Source: Dendrobates tinctorius (Eukaryota). Taken from it: a stretch of DNA of 64,000 nt. The notes below the pieces were generated by a model. That model saw nothing but the letters and a program-made list of their open reading frames with translations, searched no databases and was not told where the DNA came from. Location: contig NW_027361869.1 in NCBI RefSeq assembly GCF_039654945.1, forward strand, positions 930,001-994,000, given 5' to 3'. The position numbers and the translations under genes were made by a program. Positions 1-13,617 of the stretch are shown in pieces; the stretch's first letter is position 1, and each line of letters opens with the position of its first letter.

Positions 1-146
1 GAAGACTATAACACTGGTGACTGAGGACAAGACAAATGGAATACTGATGCTTAGGCCTAGAAGAATAGAATATTAATACTTCAGGTCTAGAAGAATAAAA
101 CATTGATGCTTGAGGTCTAGAAGAAAGAAACACTGATGTTTGAGGT
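1..146. repeat. Degenerate ~30-bp tandem repeat
   Basis: Recurrent GAAGAATAxAACACTGATGCTTGAGGTCTA-like units. Confidence 0.6.
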
Positions 147-452
147 AAAAAATAATTACCGTAACTGTTAATTTTTATAAAACAAAAGAACTGAAATTCT
201 GCATTAAGGGATTCAAGTTTCTAATGGAACTCCTAGTTAAAGAGTAAAAACTGTTTTTTTTTTTTCATATCTCGCAAATATTCACCCCTTTTTACTCCAA
301 AGGATCAATCTGCCTGACAAGTTTCCCAAGTGAATGGCTAGGGTCACTATCCTAGCACAATATCCTACTATCACTTATGGTATTAACGCAATAGGTCACT
401 GAACATCATCAGAGGGCTACGTCAACGCATGCCTATCCCGTACAACACTTAA

Positions 453-824
453 GGGCCCGTTACACATAGCGATATCGCTAGAAATATCACTGTAACGTCA
501 CTGGTTTTGTGACGTAGCAGCGATGTTGCTAGCGATATCGCTATGTGTGATACTTACCTCCGACCGCTCCCCCGCTGACTATCACTGATCTCGCGAGAAC
601 GTCCTGGACCGTTTCTCGTCGTCAGCTTCCTGCTGGACTTCCTGTGGCGCCGACGAGCGACGCGTGGACGCGGGCGGGAGGACGTCAGGATCGCCGCATC
701 TGACAGGTAAGTAGCAACCGCCGACTGCTGCTATGTGGCAGCTCACTAGCGACCACTTAGCGATGCACCAGCGATCCATATCGCTGTCGGGATCGCTGGC
801 GCATCGCTAAGTGTAACGGTACCC
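453..824. mobile_element. Harbinger-type MITE (family shared with 28305-28661)
   Basis: TIRs GGGCCCGTTACAC / GTGTAACGGTACCC; CpG-rich AGCGAT repeats; inverted near-copy at 28.3 kb. Confidence 0.8.
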
Positions 825-3800
825 ATAGGCTAAACAAAATGTAGAAACTCTCCCAATAGCAATCATCTCCAGCTTATCAGATCTTATGTACCGTAATGGC
901 TTCATTGACCCATTCCCCAGATTCGTCGTGTCATCAATATGACGAAATCTCACTTCTTGGCTGCCTTGCCAAAACAATGCCATGTGATAGGGGCTTCTTA
1001 TAACCCCACTGTCCCTGGTCAAATTGCAGTAGTAGTTAGGAGGATGTGAGCTCAGGTCATTCATATCGACCATTAAATCCACCACATCCAGAGGCTTTAC
1101 CTAGAAAGCAAGTACGTTGTGATAGAGTGTATGCGACAGTTGTCAGGACATACAGGGAGTTGTAGTTTTGCAACATGAAAGTAGTTGAAAGCAATAGCAC
1201 ACATCTACACAAATCAAGATCTTCACAAAGACCCTACATAGAAAGTCCCACTCCTAGGCTCCTGAAAAAACAATTTAGGCTGTCAAAATATCCCATTATC
1301 TATCCATGATGGTGGTATATGACCACCCCCTGTAATGTAATATATCGTTCTAAAACGTAAGAGCAATGATATTTTAGAGACCTTCCCCTTACGACCCTAA
1401 TTTTTAGATGGGTTCCAGACCAATTAGTTAATTACACGGTTTTATAGATTTCACAATCAGCTGTATTGGGTGAAAGGCATCCATTCACAAGTGCTCAATC
1501 TCCCTACAGTGCCTCCGCAGGGCAAAACATAGTATTACAATGTTTTCATTGATAATTTTGGGCCTTATGGATGAGCCAGGTTCTCTTTCATTAGGCTAGG
1601 GCTCTGTTAACATCATATTTGGACACTGTTTGACTCCCAGATATACGCCAAATGTATTCTTAGGTCTCCATTCATCCAATAGAGGCCAAAAGAGTATCTG
1701 TCATGTTGAAATAGTCCTCTCTTCATAGGATTACCCTTGCCCATGTATCTGGAGGTTTCTAGTATTGGAGGATACAACAGCTGCAGGCTTATGCTTGACT
1801 CTTCGTTGAGCAGTCAGCAGATGGCGCTGTGATAATTCTTATTGTTGGTTATTACTGTACTGTATGACCTCTCTGGTTTGTGGTCAGTTCTCTCGTCTAA
1901 TCCTCCATGATGTGTAGGAGAATATATTGGTTGTTGTTCATTCTCCCACAATTTCTTAGCGGTTAATGAATCTGCTGAAAGCTAAAATCTGCAACACTCA
2001 GAACTCGAGATACGTGGTATAAAATCGTAATCGTGGCGGCTGTTTATAAACAGTACGGATTTTAGTGCTAGGAAAAAAAAAAGTCTGCTTTTTTTTTTCT
2101 AGAAAGAACACCACGTCTGTCCACGGACTAAAACTAAAGTGCAAGACCAGGCACAGCCTACTGATAAAAGTGGCGCTGTTTCTCCAAAAAAAAATATATA
2201 TATAGTGCACCCTTTTTTTTTCTTTTTAAAGTCCCAGATGATCACTGTACTAAATTGCATGCTAAGTGAAGACAGAATGAATGATAGATTTAGTGCCCCT
2301 TTAAGTCCAATGGTCCATATCTCCAGATAAAGCCCCATTTGATTTCCAGCTGACGGACCCACGGCCAAGAGTAAGATATAACCGTAAAAGGATCGAGCCG
2401 CCGTCCGCAACTGTGCTGTGTGACAGTGTAAGGGCCGAGCAGCTGCGGGCAAGTTTGACAGAGCAATGGGAGGGGGGTAAAGACAAGTTTACCATGCAGG
2501 GACAGTATAGGGCAGAAGAGACGCTAGAAGCAGAGAATAGGGATCTGGCAGTCCTGAGCCTGTGGGTTTCCAGTTACAGCAGTGTTTCCATACTTAGCAT
2601 GCTGACTAGAACCATTAACTACGCACTCTGAGCCTGGGGGAACGGATAGCATCCTAAATTTACCCAAGGGCGAGCAAGGGTATGGTCAAGCCTACTCGTG
2701 AGGGAAGCCATTGAAACATCGCCGGCTTCCCCTGTGCTTTGTTCAATTCTTTCCCATATGTTCGGAGCCCCCTTTGGTCCTTTCTCTTTACACAGAGGGT
2801 TAATAAAGAGGCCACTTTTTTATAGGACTCCCTTTTAATGAAAGAACCCAATTGGCAAATAGAAGTAGAAAGAAAAAAAACAAAAAACAAAAAAAAGAAA
2901 ACCACGTTCCAAAAGATGAAGAATACACAATAAATTAAAGATGATTGATTAATGGCATTCCCCTTGGGGATGCCCGGGATGTAAAGGGAGATCCTCATAG
3001 CTCCGCTGGCGCTAATGCCAGGCCATAATGGTGACCATTTTATGGGGTAGTAAAAAATACACCTGTCTGAATAGCTCACAACTCCTCAAGATGTGGCTTT
3101 AGCACCGCTCCTATGATTAGTGCCCGCCACTATTGTGCCATGGTAGCCTAGGAATGCCATTCAGGACTCAACGTCTGCTATGCGGCGGCGGCGGCTACTA
3201 TAAAAAATGGTTTTATCAAGTACCGGCCCTGTCTCCGTCAGGTCTTCTGGGGTGAATTCCGCAACGGAAATGTGAACCATGATTTCATTTTCATGTGGAT
3301 TTTTTTTTTCAACGCAACGTATAAATGGGATTTTGAAAGACCCATTGAATTGGATGGCACTGTAAATTGTTGTGGATTTGCAACTTGTGAACTCGGCCTT
3401 ATTGTGTGTGGTCCTGTGGTGTGACCACCCGGATCCTACTCACATCTTGTCCTGACCCTTACACTAAACATATACAATGGAGTTACCTGATAATGGACCG
3501 TCAATCCTTGTTATTTTTGGACAGGTGGAAATTTTTCCAAAATAATGCAAAAATCCCTTTAAGGAGATTTATGAAGATCGGGAACAATATAGTTGTGGCT
3601 GCTTTATTCACACAGTCATTGGGGGTTCTGTTCAGAGAATGTAGGAAAATCTTGGCGGACCCTATAATCACTTAATGCATTTAATGGAGTTTGAGAAGCT
3701 ATAATGAAATGGATCCACTGCCCCCTAACACAATTAGTTCCCCTATACAACAAAAAATGCCACTAATCACCCCCTCTAGAAAGTTGTGGTGTCCCCTGAA

Positions 3801-4867
3801 ATTTAATAACGCCCCTCAGAGTCACCCTATCCAAACGTTGCCACCTTTGTGTCACCTCCCCACCACCACAGGCGCTGACTGAGAGTGACGGGGCAGGTAA
3901 AGTGGTGATTTCCAGGAGATCCGGGCATTCGGCCAGAAGTATGGGGCATGTGCATAGCACCGGATCTTTGGCAGTAGTTTTGTTTGTTTTTTTTTTTTAC
4001 ATTTTGCACCCCTAAGAATTTTAAGCCCAGGGCAACTGCCAACGTTGTCTCCCTGAGCTATGCTACTGGCATACATTACCTATTCACAGGATAGTTGGCA
4101 AATGTATTATCACTGCTGAGACTCCCCTTCCAAATTACCAGATCAGGGATTCTAAAATCCCGTGTGAGTAGAGCGGTAGAGAGCATGTGCGACCACTGCT
4201 ATTTTCCTTCTACGAGAGCGGGGGTCGCACATGCCCACTACTGCTCCATTCACACAGGAGACTTTGGGCCTCTGGTTCCTGCTTACGGTTTGATAAATGT
4301 TTCCTATGGGATAACCCCTTTAAGAATGTCAAGTTGATGACCTGTAGGAGGCGCTCTACGGTGTGCAGACTGTAATGCACTGTGTACATTTCACTTTAAG
4401 GTATGTGCCTCCCCCGCACACTTACGTTTTTGGCAGACTTCTGGACATTCTAGATGGTTTGGACGGTCAGAGCTTTTACGGCCCCAACAGGGAATCCCAA
4501 TAACACTACAGACAGTCGCCACCAAACACTTTATAACACTTTCTGTAATTCTAGCCCCTCAAACATTGCACACGGCACGATAGAGAATTAGATCCCACAT
4601 GGAGGTCTCATCAGCCGGCGACTTGTTCTGAAGAATGAACCACAGAATGTTTATCATTTTACAGGCCCTGATCTGTGACATTCACACTGTGTGATGGAAT
4701 CCCAGGAAAACTCCTGAAATATAAAGTATAGACCATTCCCGAAATGTGCTCCCCCGGGGCGGATATCGGGTATTGTGGTAGCAGAGATGGCGTGGAGGTC
4801 GTGTTTGCTGCTCCCAATGCTGAATGTGACTATAATACAATTCATCTATCCTCCATACCTAGAAGAC

Positions 4868-5700
4868 TACAACCCCCAACATAACCCAACCACTGTTCTA
4901 TTATCCTCTATACATAGGAGACAACAAACCCCAAAAGACCCCAACCACTGTTCTATTATCCTCTATACATAGGAGACAACAAACCCCAAAAGAACCCAAC
5001 CACTGTTCTATTATCCTCTATACATAGGAGACAACAAACCCCAACATAACCCAACCACTGCTCTATTATCCTCTATACATAGGAGACAACAAACCCCAAA
5101 AGACCCCAACCACTGTTCTATTATCCTCTATACATAGGAGACAACAAACCCCAAAAGACCCCAACCACTGTTCTATTATCCTCTATACATAGGAGACAAC
5201 AAACCCCAAAAGAACCCAACCACTGTTCTATTATCCTCTATACATAGGAGACAACAAACCCCAACATAACCCAACCACTGCTCTATTATCCTCTATACAT
5301 AGACAACAAACCCCAAAAGACCCCAACCACTGTTCTATTATCCTCTATACATAGGAGACAACAAACCCCAAAAGAACCCAACCACTGTTCTATTATCCTC
5401 TATACATAGGAGACAACAAACCCCAACATAACCCAACCACTGCTCTATTATCCTCTATACATAGGAGACAACAAACCCCAAAAGACCCCAACCACTGTTC
5501 TATTATCCTCTATACATAGGAGACAACAAACCCCAAAAGACCCCAACCACTGTTCTATTATCCTCTATACATAGGAGACAACAAACCCCAAAAGAACCCA
5601 ACCACTGTTCTATTATCCTCTATACATAGGAGACAACAAACCCCAACATAACCCAACCACTGGTTTATCGTCCTCTATACACAGAACACTACAACCACCA
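4868..5700. repeat. 55-bp minisatellite, ~15 copies
   Basis: Unit CCAACCACTGTTCTATTATCCTCTATACATAGGAGACAACAAACCCCAAAAGA(A/C)C. Confidence 0.95.
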
Positions 5701-6467
5701 ACATGACTCGACCACTTGATAAAAATACAATTCTAATATACCCTATATATGAAGCACTACAACCCCCAAATTATTCAACCACTCACCCTGACTATAATAC
5801 AATCCTGTTATACCCTGTATCTAGGACACTACAACCCCCAACATCCACCACCTACTTCCAGGACCCCTTTATTTTGGTCCCAGACCACCACCAATTAAAC
5901 CTAAATGATTAGTCATAAAATCATGTCTGTCCTTTAATAGTAGCGTGCAGCTCCAAATCCGGTGCCTCCAGTGATTCCACAAAAATTGCATCAGAGATAT
6001 GTACAGTATGCCAGCTGCCGGCGCTGCCAAGAGCGGCGAGCACATGATATCACACAGCGGCTCAGTGCTGCCGACTCCCTGCTGTCCTACCTGCTACGGC
6101 CTACATGTACAGCACCATAGCTAAAAAGACATTTCACAACACAGGAGTCAAGTCACCGGCAGGTGATGACATAACTTTAGGCCTGTGCACATGGCGGCAA
6201 ACACACTATGATGATCCGTGATATCACAGTGAATTGCATCAGGCAGTATACATTACACTGGTGATGTTTGGGGCCTGGGAATTTTGGAACAACCATTGAC
6301 TTACAGAATTTTCTACAGCCCTTTGGCATGGCTTGGAGATATCTATCACTCGAAATCTGCCGCAATATTTATTGCACACCATCATTGATTTGAATGGCCC
6401 TGTTCTGAGTTTCCAGGAATGGAAGTCTCTGCGCTGTGCCAAGGGGCTTCCATTACTCTACATAGTT

Positions 6468-6960
6468 CTTTCTTTTGGGATATCAGTGTTGGACCAAGAT
6501 GCTTGAGCTTCACCCATGTCAGTTTCTAACCTCGATCTATGACATATTAGAATATGTCTCGACTCCCTCTTAATTTAATATTCCTATCCATCGGGTTGGT
6601 GGATCCTGATAACGGAGCCCAGAAGAGCTATGATGGAGCAGAGTTGTGCATGTTTGACCTCCGCACCATCTATTGTCTATGAGACTGCTGGAAATTGTCA
6701 AGTGGTGCACTCAGCTGCGGGCTTTAGTTACTTTATAGAGTCTTTTCTTTTGGGATATCAGTGTTGGACCAAGATGCTCAAGATTCACCAATGTCAATTT
6801 CTTGCCTGGATCTATGACCTATTAGACTACATCTTAACTTAATACCCCTATTCATAGGAAGTGTGGATCCTGATCATGCTTGACCTCCACTCCATCTATT
6901 GTCTATGGGACTACTGGAAATCGGCAAGTGCTGCACTCCACTATTTCTGGTAGTCCCATA
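6468..6960. repeat. Local tandem duplication (~275-bp period) of repeat-derived sequence
   Basis: TTTCTTTTGGGATATCAGTGTTGGACCAAGATGCT...GTGGATCCTGAT occurs near 6468 and again near 6743. Confidence 0.7.
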
Positions 6961-8732
6961 GGTAATGGGGTGAGCATGTACCGCTCTACTTTCTCCAAGA
7001 TCGGGTACTGCAGATTTTGGTTCTCCAGATTCAGGGCCACGTTCTTAGGATCGGTGGTACTCCCAGTGATCAGTCCATAGAATAGGAGAAAACTTCTGAT
7101 TCTGGGAATAACCCTCTAAGTCGCCTATACACTATAGATAGCGGTCGGCCAAATAATCATTTACTCATCAACACGCCCAGATCAGGGAGGAGAGCAGAGT
7201 AAGCCACTGCCACACACTTCTGGCAGCGGCTTATCTTCCATGGGAGCAATGAAATCCAATATCATCTATCAAAGGAGAATAGATAGTTGGCCTGTTCCAT
7301 CAAAATTGGGACTCACTTGAAGCTAATGTGCATGGAGGCTTTTAAAGGGTAACTCCATATCTCAGAAACTGCAGTAATTACAAAATATAATAATTAGGAC
7401 AACAGCATCAAAAGCACAACAGAAAAGTCATCATATCATTATGTTGACCTAACACTGTGCTGTAGAGCGCCCACTCACCGCCAAATCGTCCCCCTTACCA
7501 CTTATGCAAAGAAGCTGTCAGACACCTTCATTGTTAACCTTCCTCGTACCAAAAAGAGTACAAGTAACTTCCCATATTCTCCCCCTTCCCCGCTGTCATC
7601 TCTTTACTCTTTATGTCTCCCGTCACTCCCATAACACCAGCTGCCACTTCGGACCCCCGGGGACACCTCATGTTTCCTCGGCTATCAGCTGTTCATCAGC
7701 TTGCAGCACATTATACCGTGCTGTTTAGACAGTTTTCCAAAATTTCAGATCATAAATTGAACAATTAACAGAAAAAAAAAAAGGAAAAACAAAATTTGAG
7801 GTATCACACATGGAATCCTTGGAAAGGTTTTTGGTGAAGTTTTTTTGATCCAATGCCAAAAATGGGTTCAGAAACAATGAGAAATACAGGACGGACGTCT
7901 GCTTCCCAAAACGGTATTTGGAATTCCAACCTGTAGGGAAAGTTTTTTTTATGTTAAATGTCCTCTTTTTTGGAAACTCCCAACACTAGACCTCTCCGAG
8001 GGGCTCACCCTCTGATATCAGTCACTGAGTGCACTACACGTATATGCAACTGTGGAGCCTGGGGGCTCGTAAACAGTAATGGGTGACAAACACTTTTTTT
8101 TTTTTTTTTAGACATTTTTAGAAACATCGCCCCTTTAAAAAAAAAAAGAGTGAGTAAGAGATGAACATTGAAATAATGTAATGCAAAAAAAATGGCACTC
8201 ACTTTTTTTTTTTTTGCAAAATACCATTTGATCAAAAACGTTAAGGTCATTGATTAATCAAATGTCACGTGCAAAATGATATTGGGAAGGCACTGGGTTA
8301 ATGCTCAAAGCAAAAAAAAATAAATATAATGCAAAGCAAATGATATATAATTAAAATTCGTTTGTTTTTTTTTGTTTTTTTTTATACACATTACAAATAT
8401 TTGTAACGCCACAAACAACAGACAAAAATTAAGTTTATTTATATATATATATATATATTTTAACAAATATATATATATTTTAATATATTTATCTATTTTT
8501 TTTAATTTTATATTTTCATCACTGTTTTTCTCTTAGCTATTTTGGTAGGAAAACAAAAATTAAATAAGAATGCTGTAGTGTTTTAGAGGCAGCCATGTAG
8601 TTTGCCCTAATGTTTAAAGAGTTGAGTTTTACAGTTCTACTTAGCAGCAAAATATCAATCACAGGAATCTAAAAATACAGTAACAAGCAACATGGCCCAT
8701 TTATATAAAAGGAAAAGTAAGGGGGTGCCTAC

Positions 8733-8793
8733 CTGCTCCCACAAATAGGAGAAGGGCCGCAAGGCAGCAGCAGAATAACCCTGGTCCTCTCAT
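8733..8793 (-). CDS. SRL: Sarcalumenin coding exon 1, signal peptide MRGPGLFCCCLAALLLFVGA
   Basis: Kozak accATGA, 20-codon hydrophobic signal peptide, phase-1 donor GCAG|GTAGGC, 61 nt; lies downstream of TFAP4 on the same strand as SRL does in mammals; remaining exons not found in this window. Confidence 0.8.
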
Positions 8794-9010
8794 GGTATCA
8801 GCCAGGAAATCTGGGATGGTTGGCTCCTCTATATATACTCTAGCTGGCACTGGAGGCACACGTCACTGCAGGCTGGATCACAGGTGGTCACAACCAATTG
8901 ACAAACAGTTCCGACCATTTGTGACCCTAAAAAAGAATTTAGGGCAACTGCACGTCGTCATTAACTCAGCTGCAGCCGACACACAAAAATACATAGATCA
9001 TTTTCTTATT
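8794..9010 (-). promoter_or_regulatory. SRL: SRL proximal promoter with TATA box and E-boxes
   Basis: TATATATAG on the minus strand at 8829-8837, about 40 nt upstream of the ATG; CAGGTG at 8881 and CAGCTG near 8967. Confidence 0.6.
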
Positions 9011-9137
9011 CTTATGGATTCCATTGCTCCATTGCACGCCGTATTACAGGAGCCATTGCTTTGAAGGGAAGATCTAGTTCCTCACAGAGATCCTATGAAG
9101 GTACGAGTACCCTATAGGTCTGTAATATGAACCCTTA

Positions 9138-10083
9138 GGCTAAGTGCACACGTACCGGAACTCTCGCGGAAATTACCGCGAGAATTCCGGAATTCCAGTC
9201 CGCGGGAAAATCGCATTTTAAATTCCCGCAATTTTCCCGCGGAAAAACTAGCATTTTGCAAGCGTAATTAGCTTGCAAAATGCTAGCGTTCTCCAAGCGA
9301 TCTGTATCATCGCTGGGAGAACTGATTGACAGATTGGTCACACTCGTCAAACATAGTGTTTGACGAGTGTGACCAACTTTTTACTACTGAGGCCGCCTAT
9401 GCAGCATCAGTAGTAAAAGATAAAATGTAAAAAAAAAAATAAAAAATGGTGTTATTCTTACCCTCCGACGTCCCGCGCATCCGTTCCCAGTAATCCTTTG
9501 CGAAAATGCCTGCGATGACGTCCGTTCTCGCGGGATCGCGATGTCTCACGGTAATTCGCGATGACGTCGCGCGAATGACCGTGAGACTTCGCGATCCCGC
9601 GAGAACGGACGCCATCGCGGGCATTTTCGCAAAGGACTACTGGGAACGGGAGCGTGAAGAGAAGCGGAAAGACTGCGCGGGACGTCGGAGGGTGAGAATA
9701 ACAATATTTTTTATTTTTAAATTCTATTTTTTACAGGGATATGGTACCCAAAGCCCGGAGGACAGTCTCCTCTCCTCCGGACCGTGGGTACCATCCGCAA
9801 TTGTTCTGCTTACTTTCCGCATGGTGTGCACAGCCATATGCGGGAAGTAAGCGGAACAATGCATTCCTATGGGTGCGGGATCGCCGCGATTCCGCAAATT
9901 AATGAGCATGCTGCGGTTTTTACCGCGAAGCGATTGCGCTGCGGTAAAAACCGCAGCATTATCACAGCATTGCGGAATCCCATAGGAATGCATGGGATGC
10001 TTATTTTTCGCGTTTTCGCGGCAAAATCGTGCGGTTAAAACAGCCGCGGAAACGCGAAAAAAACGCCACGTGTGAACTCAGCC
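9138..10083. mobile_element. Large palindromic Harbinger-type MITE
   Basis: TTA TSD both sides; TIRs GGCTAAGTGCACACG / CGTGTGAACTCAGCC; ~250-bp internal inverted repeat at 9450-9705; relative at 32499-33365. Confidence 0.85.
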
Positions 10084-10122
10084 TTAAGGGCCACACACAT
10101 TGCAATGCTGTAAGGCTCTTAA

Positions 10123-13100
10123 CCCCTTCACTACCAAGGGTGGTTTGCAGGTTAACTACCGGGCCAATTTTTACAATTCTGACCACTGTCCCTTTATGAG
10201 GTCATAACTCTGAAACGCTTCCGTGGATCCCGGTGATTCTGACATTGTTTTCTCGTGACATATTGTACTTCATGTTAGTGGTAAAATTTCATTCATATAA
10301 CTTGCGTTTATTTCTGAGAAAAACGGAAATTTGGCGAAAATTTTGAAAATTCCGCAATTTTCCAACTTTGAATTTTTATGCCCTTAAATCACAGAGATAT
10401 AGCACACAAAAAACTGAATAAGTAACATTTCCCACATGTTTACATCAGCACAATTTTGGAACCAAAATTTTTATTTGTTAGTAAGATATAAGGGTTAAAA
10501 GTTGACCAGCGATCTCTCATTTTTGCAACACCATTTTATTTTTACGGACCACATCACATTTGAAGCCACTTTGAGGGGTCTATATGATAGAAAATACCCA
10601 AAAGTGACACCATTCTAAAAACTGCATCCCTTAAGGTGCTCAAAACCACATTCAAGAAGTGTATTAACCCTTCAGGTGCGTCACAGGAATTTTTTGAATA
10701 TTTAAAAAAAATTAACATTTAACTTTTTTTCACAAAAAAAATTACTTCAGGTTCAATTTTTTTTATTTTACCAAGTGTAACAGGAGAAATTGGACTGCAA
10801 AAATTATTGTACAATTTCTCCTGAGTACGCTGATACCTGATATGTGGGGGGGGACCACTGTTTCGGCGCATGGCAGAGCTCAGAAAGGAAGGAGCGCCGT
10901 TTGACTTTTTCAATGCAAAATAGGCTGGAATTCTGATCGGACGCCATGTCGCGTTTGGAGAGCCCCTGATGTACCTAAACAGTGGAAACCCCACACAAGT
11001 GACCCCATTTTTGAAACTAGACCCCCTAAGGAACTTATCTAGATATGTGGTGAGAACTTTGAACCCACAAGGGCTTCACAGAAGTTTATAATGTACAGCG
11101 GTACAATTAAAAAATCATATTTTTTCCACAAAATGATCTTTTCACCCCCAATTTTTATTTTCCCAAGGGTAACAGGACCCTAAAAGTTATTGTGCAATTT
11201 GTCCTGAGTACGCTGATACCCCATATGTGGGTGTAAATGACTATTTGGGCACATGGCAGAGCTCGGAAGGCAAGCAGCGCCATTTGACTTTTTTGGCTGA
11301 AATTGAGATCAGACACCATATCGCGTTTGGAAAGCCCCTGATGTACCAAAACAGTGGAAACCCCCCACAAATGACCCCATTTTGGAAACTAGACCCCCCC
11401 AAGGAACTTATCTAGATGTGTGGTGAGAACTTTGAACCCCCAAGGGCTTCACAGAAGTTTATAACGCCCAGGCGTGAAAATAACAAAAAAATTTTTTTCC
11501 ACAAAAATGATATTTTTTCCCCAAAATTTTTATTTTCCTAAGGGCAACAGGAGAAATAGGACCCCAAAAGTTGTTTTGCAAATTGTCCTGAGTAGGCTGA
11601 TACCCCATATGAGGGAGTAAGACACTGTTTGGGTGCATGGCAGAGCTTGGAAGGGAAGGAGCACCATTTGACTTTTTCAACGCAGAATTGGCTGGAATTG
11701 AGATCAGATGCCATGTTGCGTTTGGAAAGCCCCTGATGTGCGCAAATAGTGGAAACCCCCAATTCTAACCCTAACCCTAGCCCTAATGGGAAAATGGAAA
11801 TAAATACATTTTTTTTAATTTTATTATTTTTCCCTAACTAAGGGGGTGATAACGGGGGGTTTGATTTACTATTTATGGCGGTTTTTATGTTCGGCAGCTG
11901 TCGCACGCTAAAAGACGCTTTTTATTGTAAAAATAGTTTTTGCATCACCACATATTGAGAGCTATAATTTTTCCATATTTTGACCCACCGAGTCATGTGA
12001 GGTCTTATTTTTTGCGGGACGAGTTGACGCTTTTATTGGTAACATGTTCGGGCATGTGACATTTTTTGTTCGCTTTTTATTTCGTTTTTTGGGACGCAGA
12101 GTTTACAAAAACCAGCGTTTCATGAATTTCTTTTGGGTGGTGCGTTTACGCCGTTCCGGGTGCGGTAAAATTTATAAGGCGGTTTTATTCTTCGGGTCAG
12201 TACGGTTACAGCGATACCTCATTTAGGTCGTTTTTTTATGTTTTGTCGGTTTTATGCAATGAAAACAATTTTATATAAAAAATAATTATTTTTGCATCAC
12301 TTTATTCTGCGAGCTATAACTTTTTTATTTTTTCGCTGATGATGCTGTATGGCGGCTCGTTTTTTGCGGGACAAGATGACGTTTTCAGCGGTACCATGGA
12401 TATTTATATGCGTCTTTTTGATCGCGCGTTATTGCACTTTTTGTTCGGCGGTATAAGGCCATGTGCACACGATGCAGATTTGCAGCGTTTCCGCAGCGGA
12501 TTTTACCGCGCAGAAACGTTGCATATCTGCATTGTGATGTACAGTACCTTTAAAATGAATGAAAAAAAAAAAACGCTGTGCAGACGCTGCGGATTTTTCC
12601 GCGGTACAAAATCCGCAGCATGTTACTTCTTTTGTGCGGTTTTCTATCTCCCCTGTCACCAAATCCGCAGGGGGAAAACTGCAATGGAAAACCGCACAAA
12701 AACCGCATGAAAACCGCGTGAAAAATGGAAGAAATCCGCAGGAAAAATGCAGGTCATTTGACCTGCGGTTTTCTTCCATTCTGCACGGAAAAATCCGCAG
12801 GGCTCAAAACTCCGTCTGCACTCAGCCTGATAAAAAACGAAGCAAAAAATAATGATTTATTTTTTAAGGGGTTTGCTAAAGGGGTTAACTAATGGGACAG
12901 TTTTATAGGGCGGGTCGTTACGGACGCGGCGATACCAAATATGTGTACTTTTATTGTTTTGGGTTTTTTTATTTCCAAAAAATGAATTTATTGGGGAATA
13001 TTTTTTTTTTTTTTTAATTTGGCGATTTTTTTTTTAAATTATTTTTACACTTTTTTTTTAAATTTTTTTTAACTTTATTACAATGTCCCAGGGGGGACAT

Positions 13101-13613
13101 CACTGTCCTGTGACAGATCGCTGATCTGTCACATCACAGATCACTGTGACAGATCAGCGATCTGTCACAGGCACTGCACAGGCTTCCTCATGCCTGCGCT
13201 TTGCAGGCACTGAGGAAGCCAGCTTCCTGCAGGCCCCCGGAAGTTCCCGTCGCCATATTGGATCCGGGGACCTACAGGAAAGGAGCCCCCCGCAGCAGCG
13301 CTGCACATTGCGCTGCCGTGGGGGGCTCAGGGAAGCAAGGAGGGAGCCCCCTCCCTGCCGATGCTTCCCTTTAACCCCCGGTACACCGCGATCGTGTTTG
13401 ATCGCGGTGTGCAAGGGGTTAACGTGTCGGGGGCGGTCCGTGACCGCCCCTGACACATTGTGCCGGGTGTCAGCTATAATTAGCTGACACTCGGCCGCGA
13501 TCAGCGGCGCTCACCACGTGGGCACCGCTGATCGCGATGACGTAATATTCCGTCCATGGTAATTAGGTCCATGGTCACATGGACGGAATATTACGTCATT
13601 TGTAGGTAAGGGG
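10123..13613. mobile_element. Non-autonomous piggyBac-like TTAA DNA transposon
   Basis: TTAA-CCCCTT ... AAGGGG-TTAA ends; three internal ~370-bp direct repeats (10.77-11.76 kb); internal palindromes; no transposase ORF. Confidence 0.75.
12457..12827. mobile_element. Harbinger-type MITE nested in the piggyBac-like element
   Basis: TIRs GGCCATGTGCACACG / CGTCTGCACTCAGCC; TAA/TGA flanks; TGCGG/CCGCA-rich interior. Confidence 0.75.
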
Positions 13614-13617
13614 TTAA

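Noticed and set aside
1155-1172. ZNF143/THAP11-type motif GGGAGTTGTAGT as a promoter
   Set aside because: Isolated in CpG-poor sequence and resembles a common repeat fragment
2099-3079. Further SRL coding exons
   Set aside because: No acidic or dynamin/EHD-like sarcalumenin sequence recognisable in any frame
4868-5700. CRISPR-like array
   Set aside because: Units are contiguous with no unique spacers, no cas genes are present, and the context is vertebrate; it is a minisatellite
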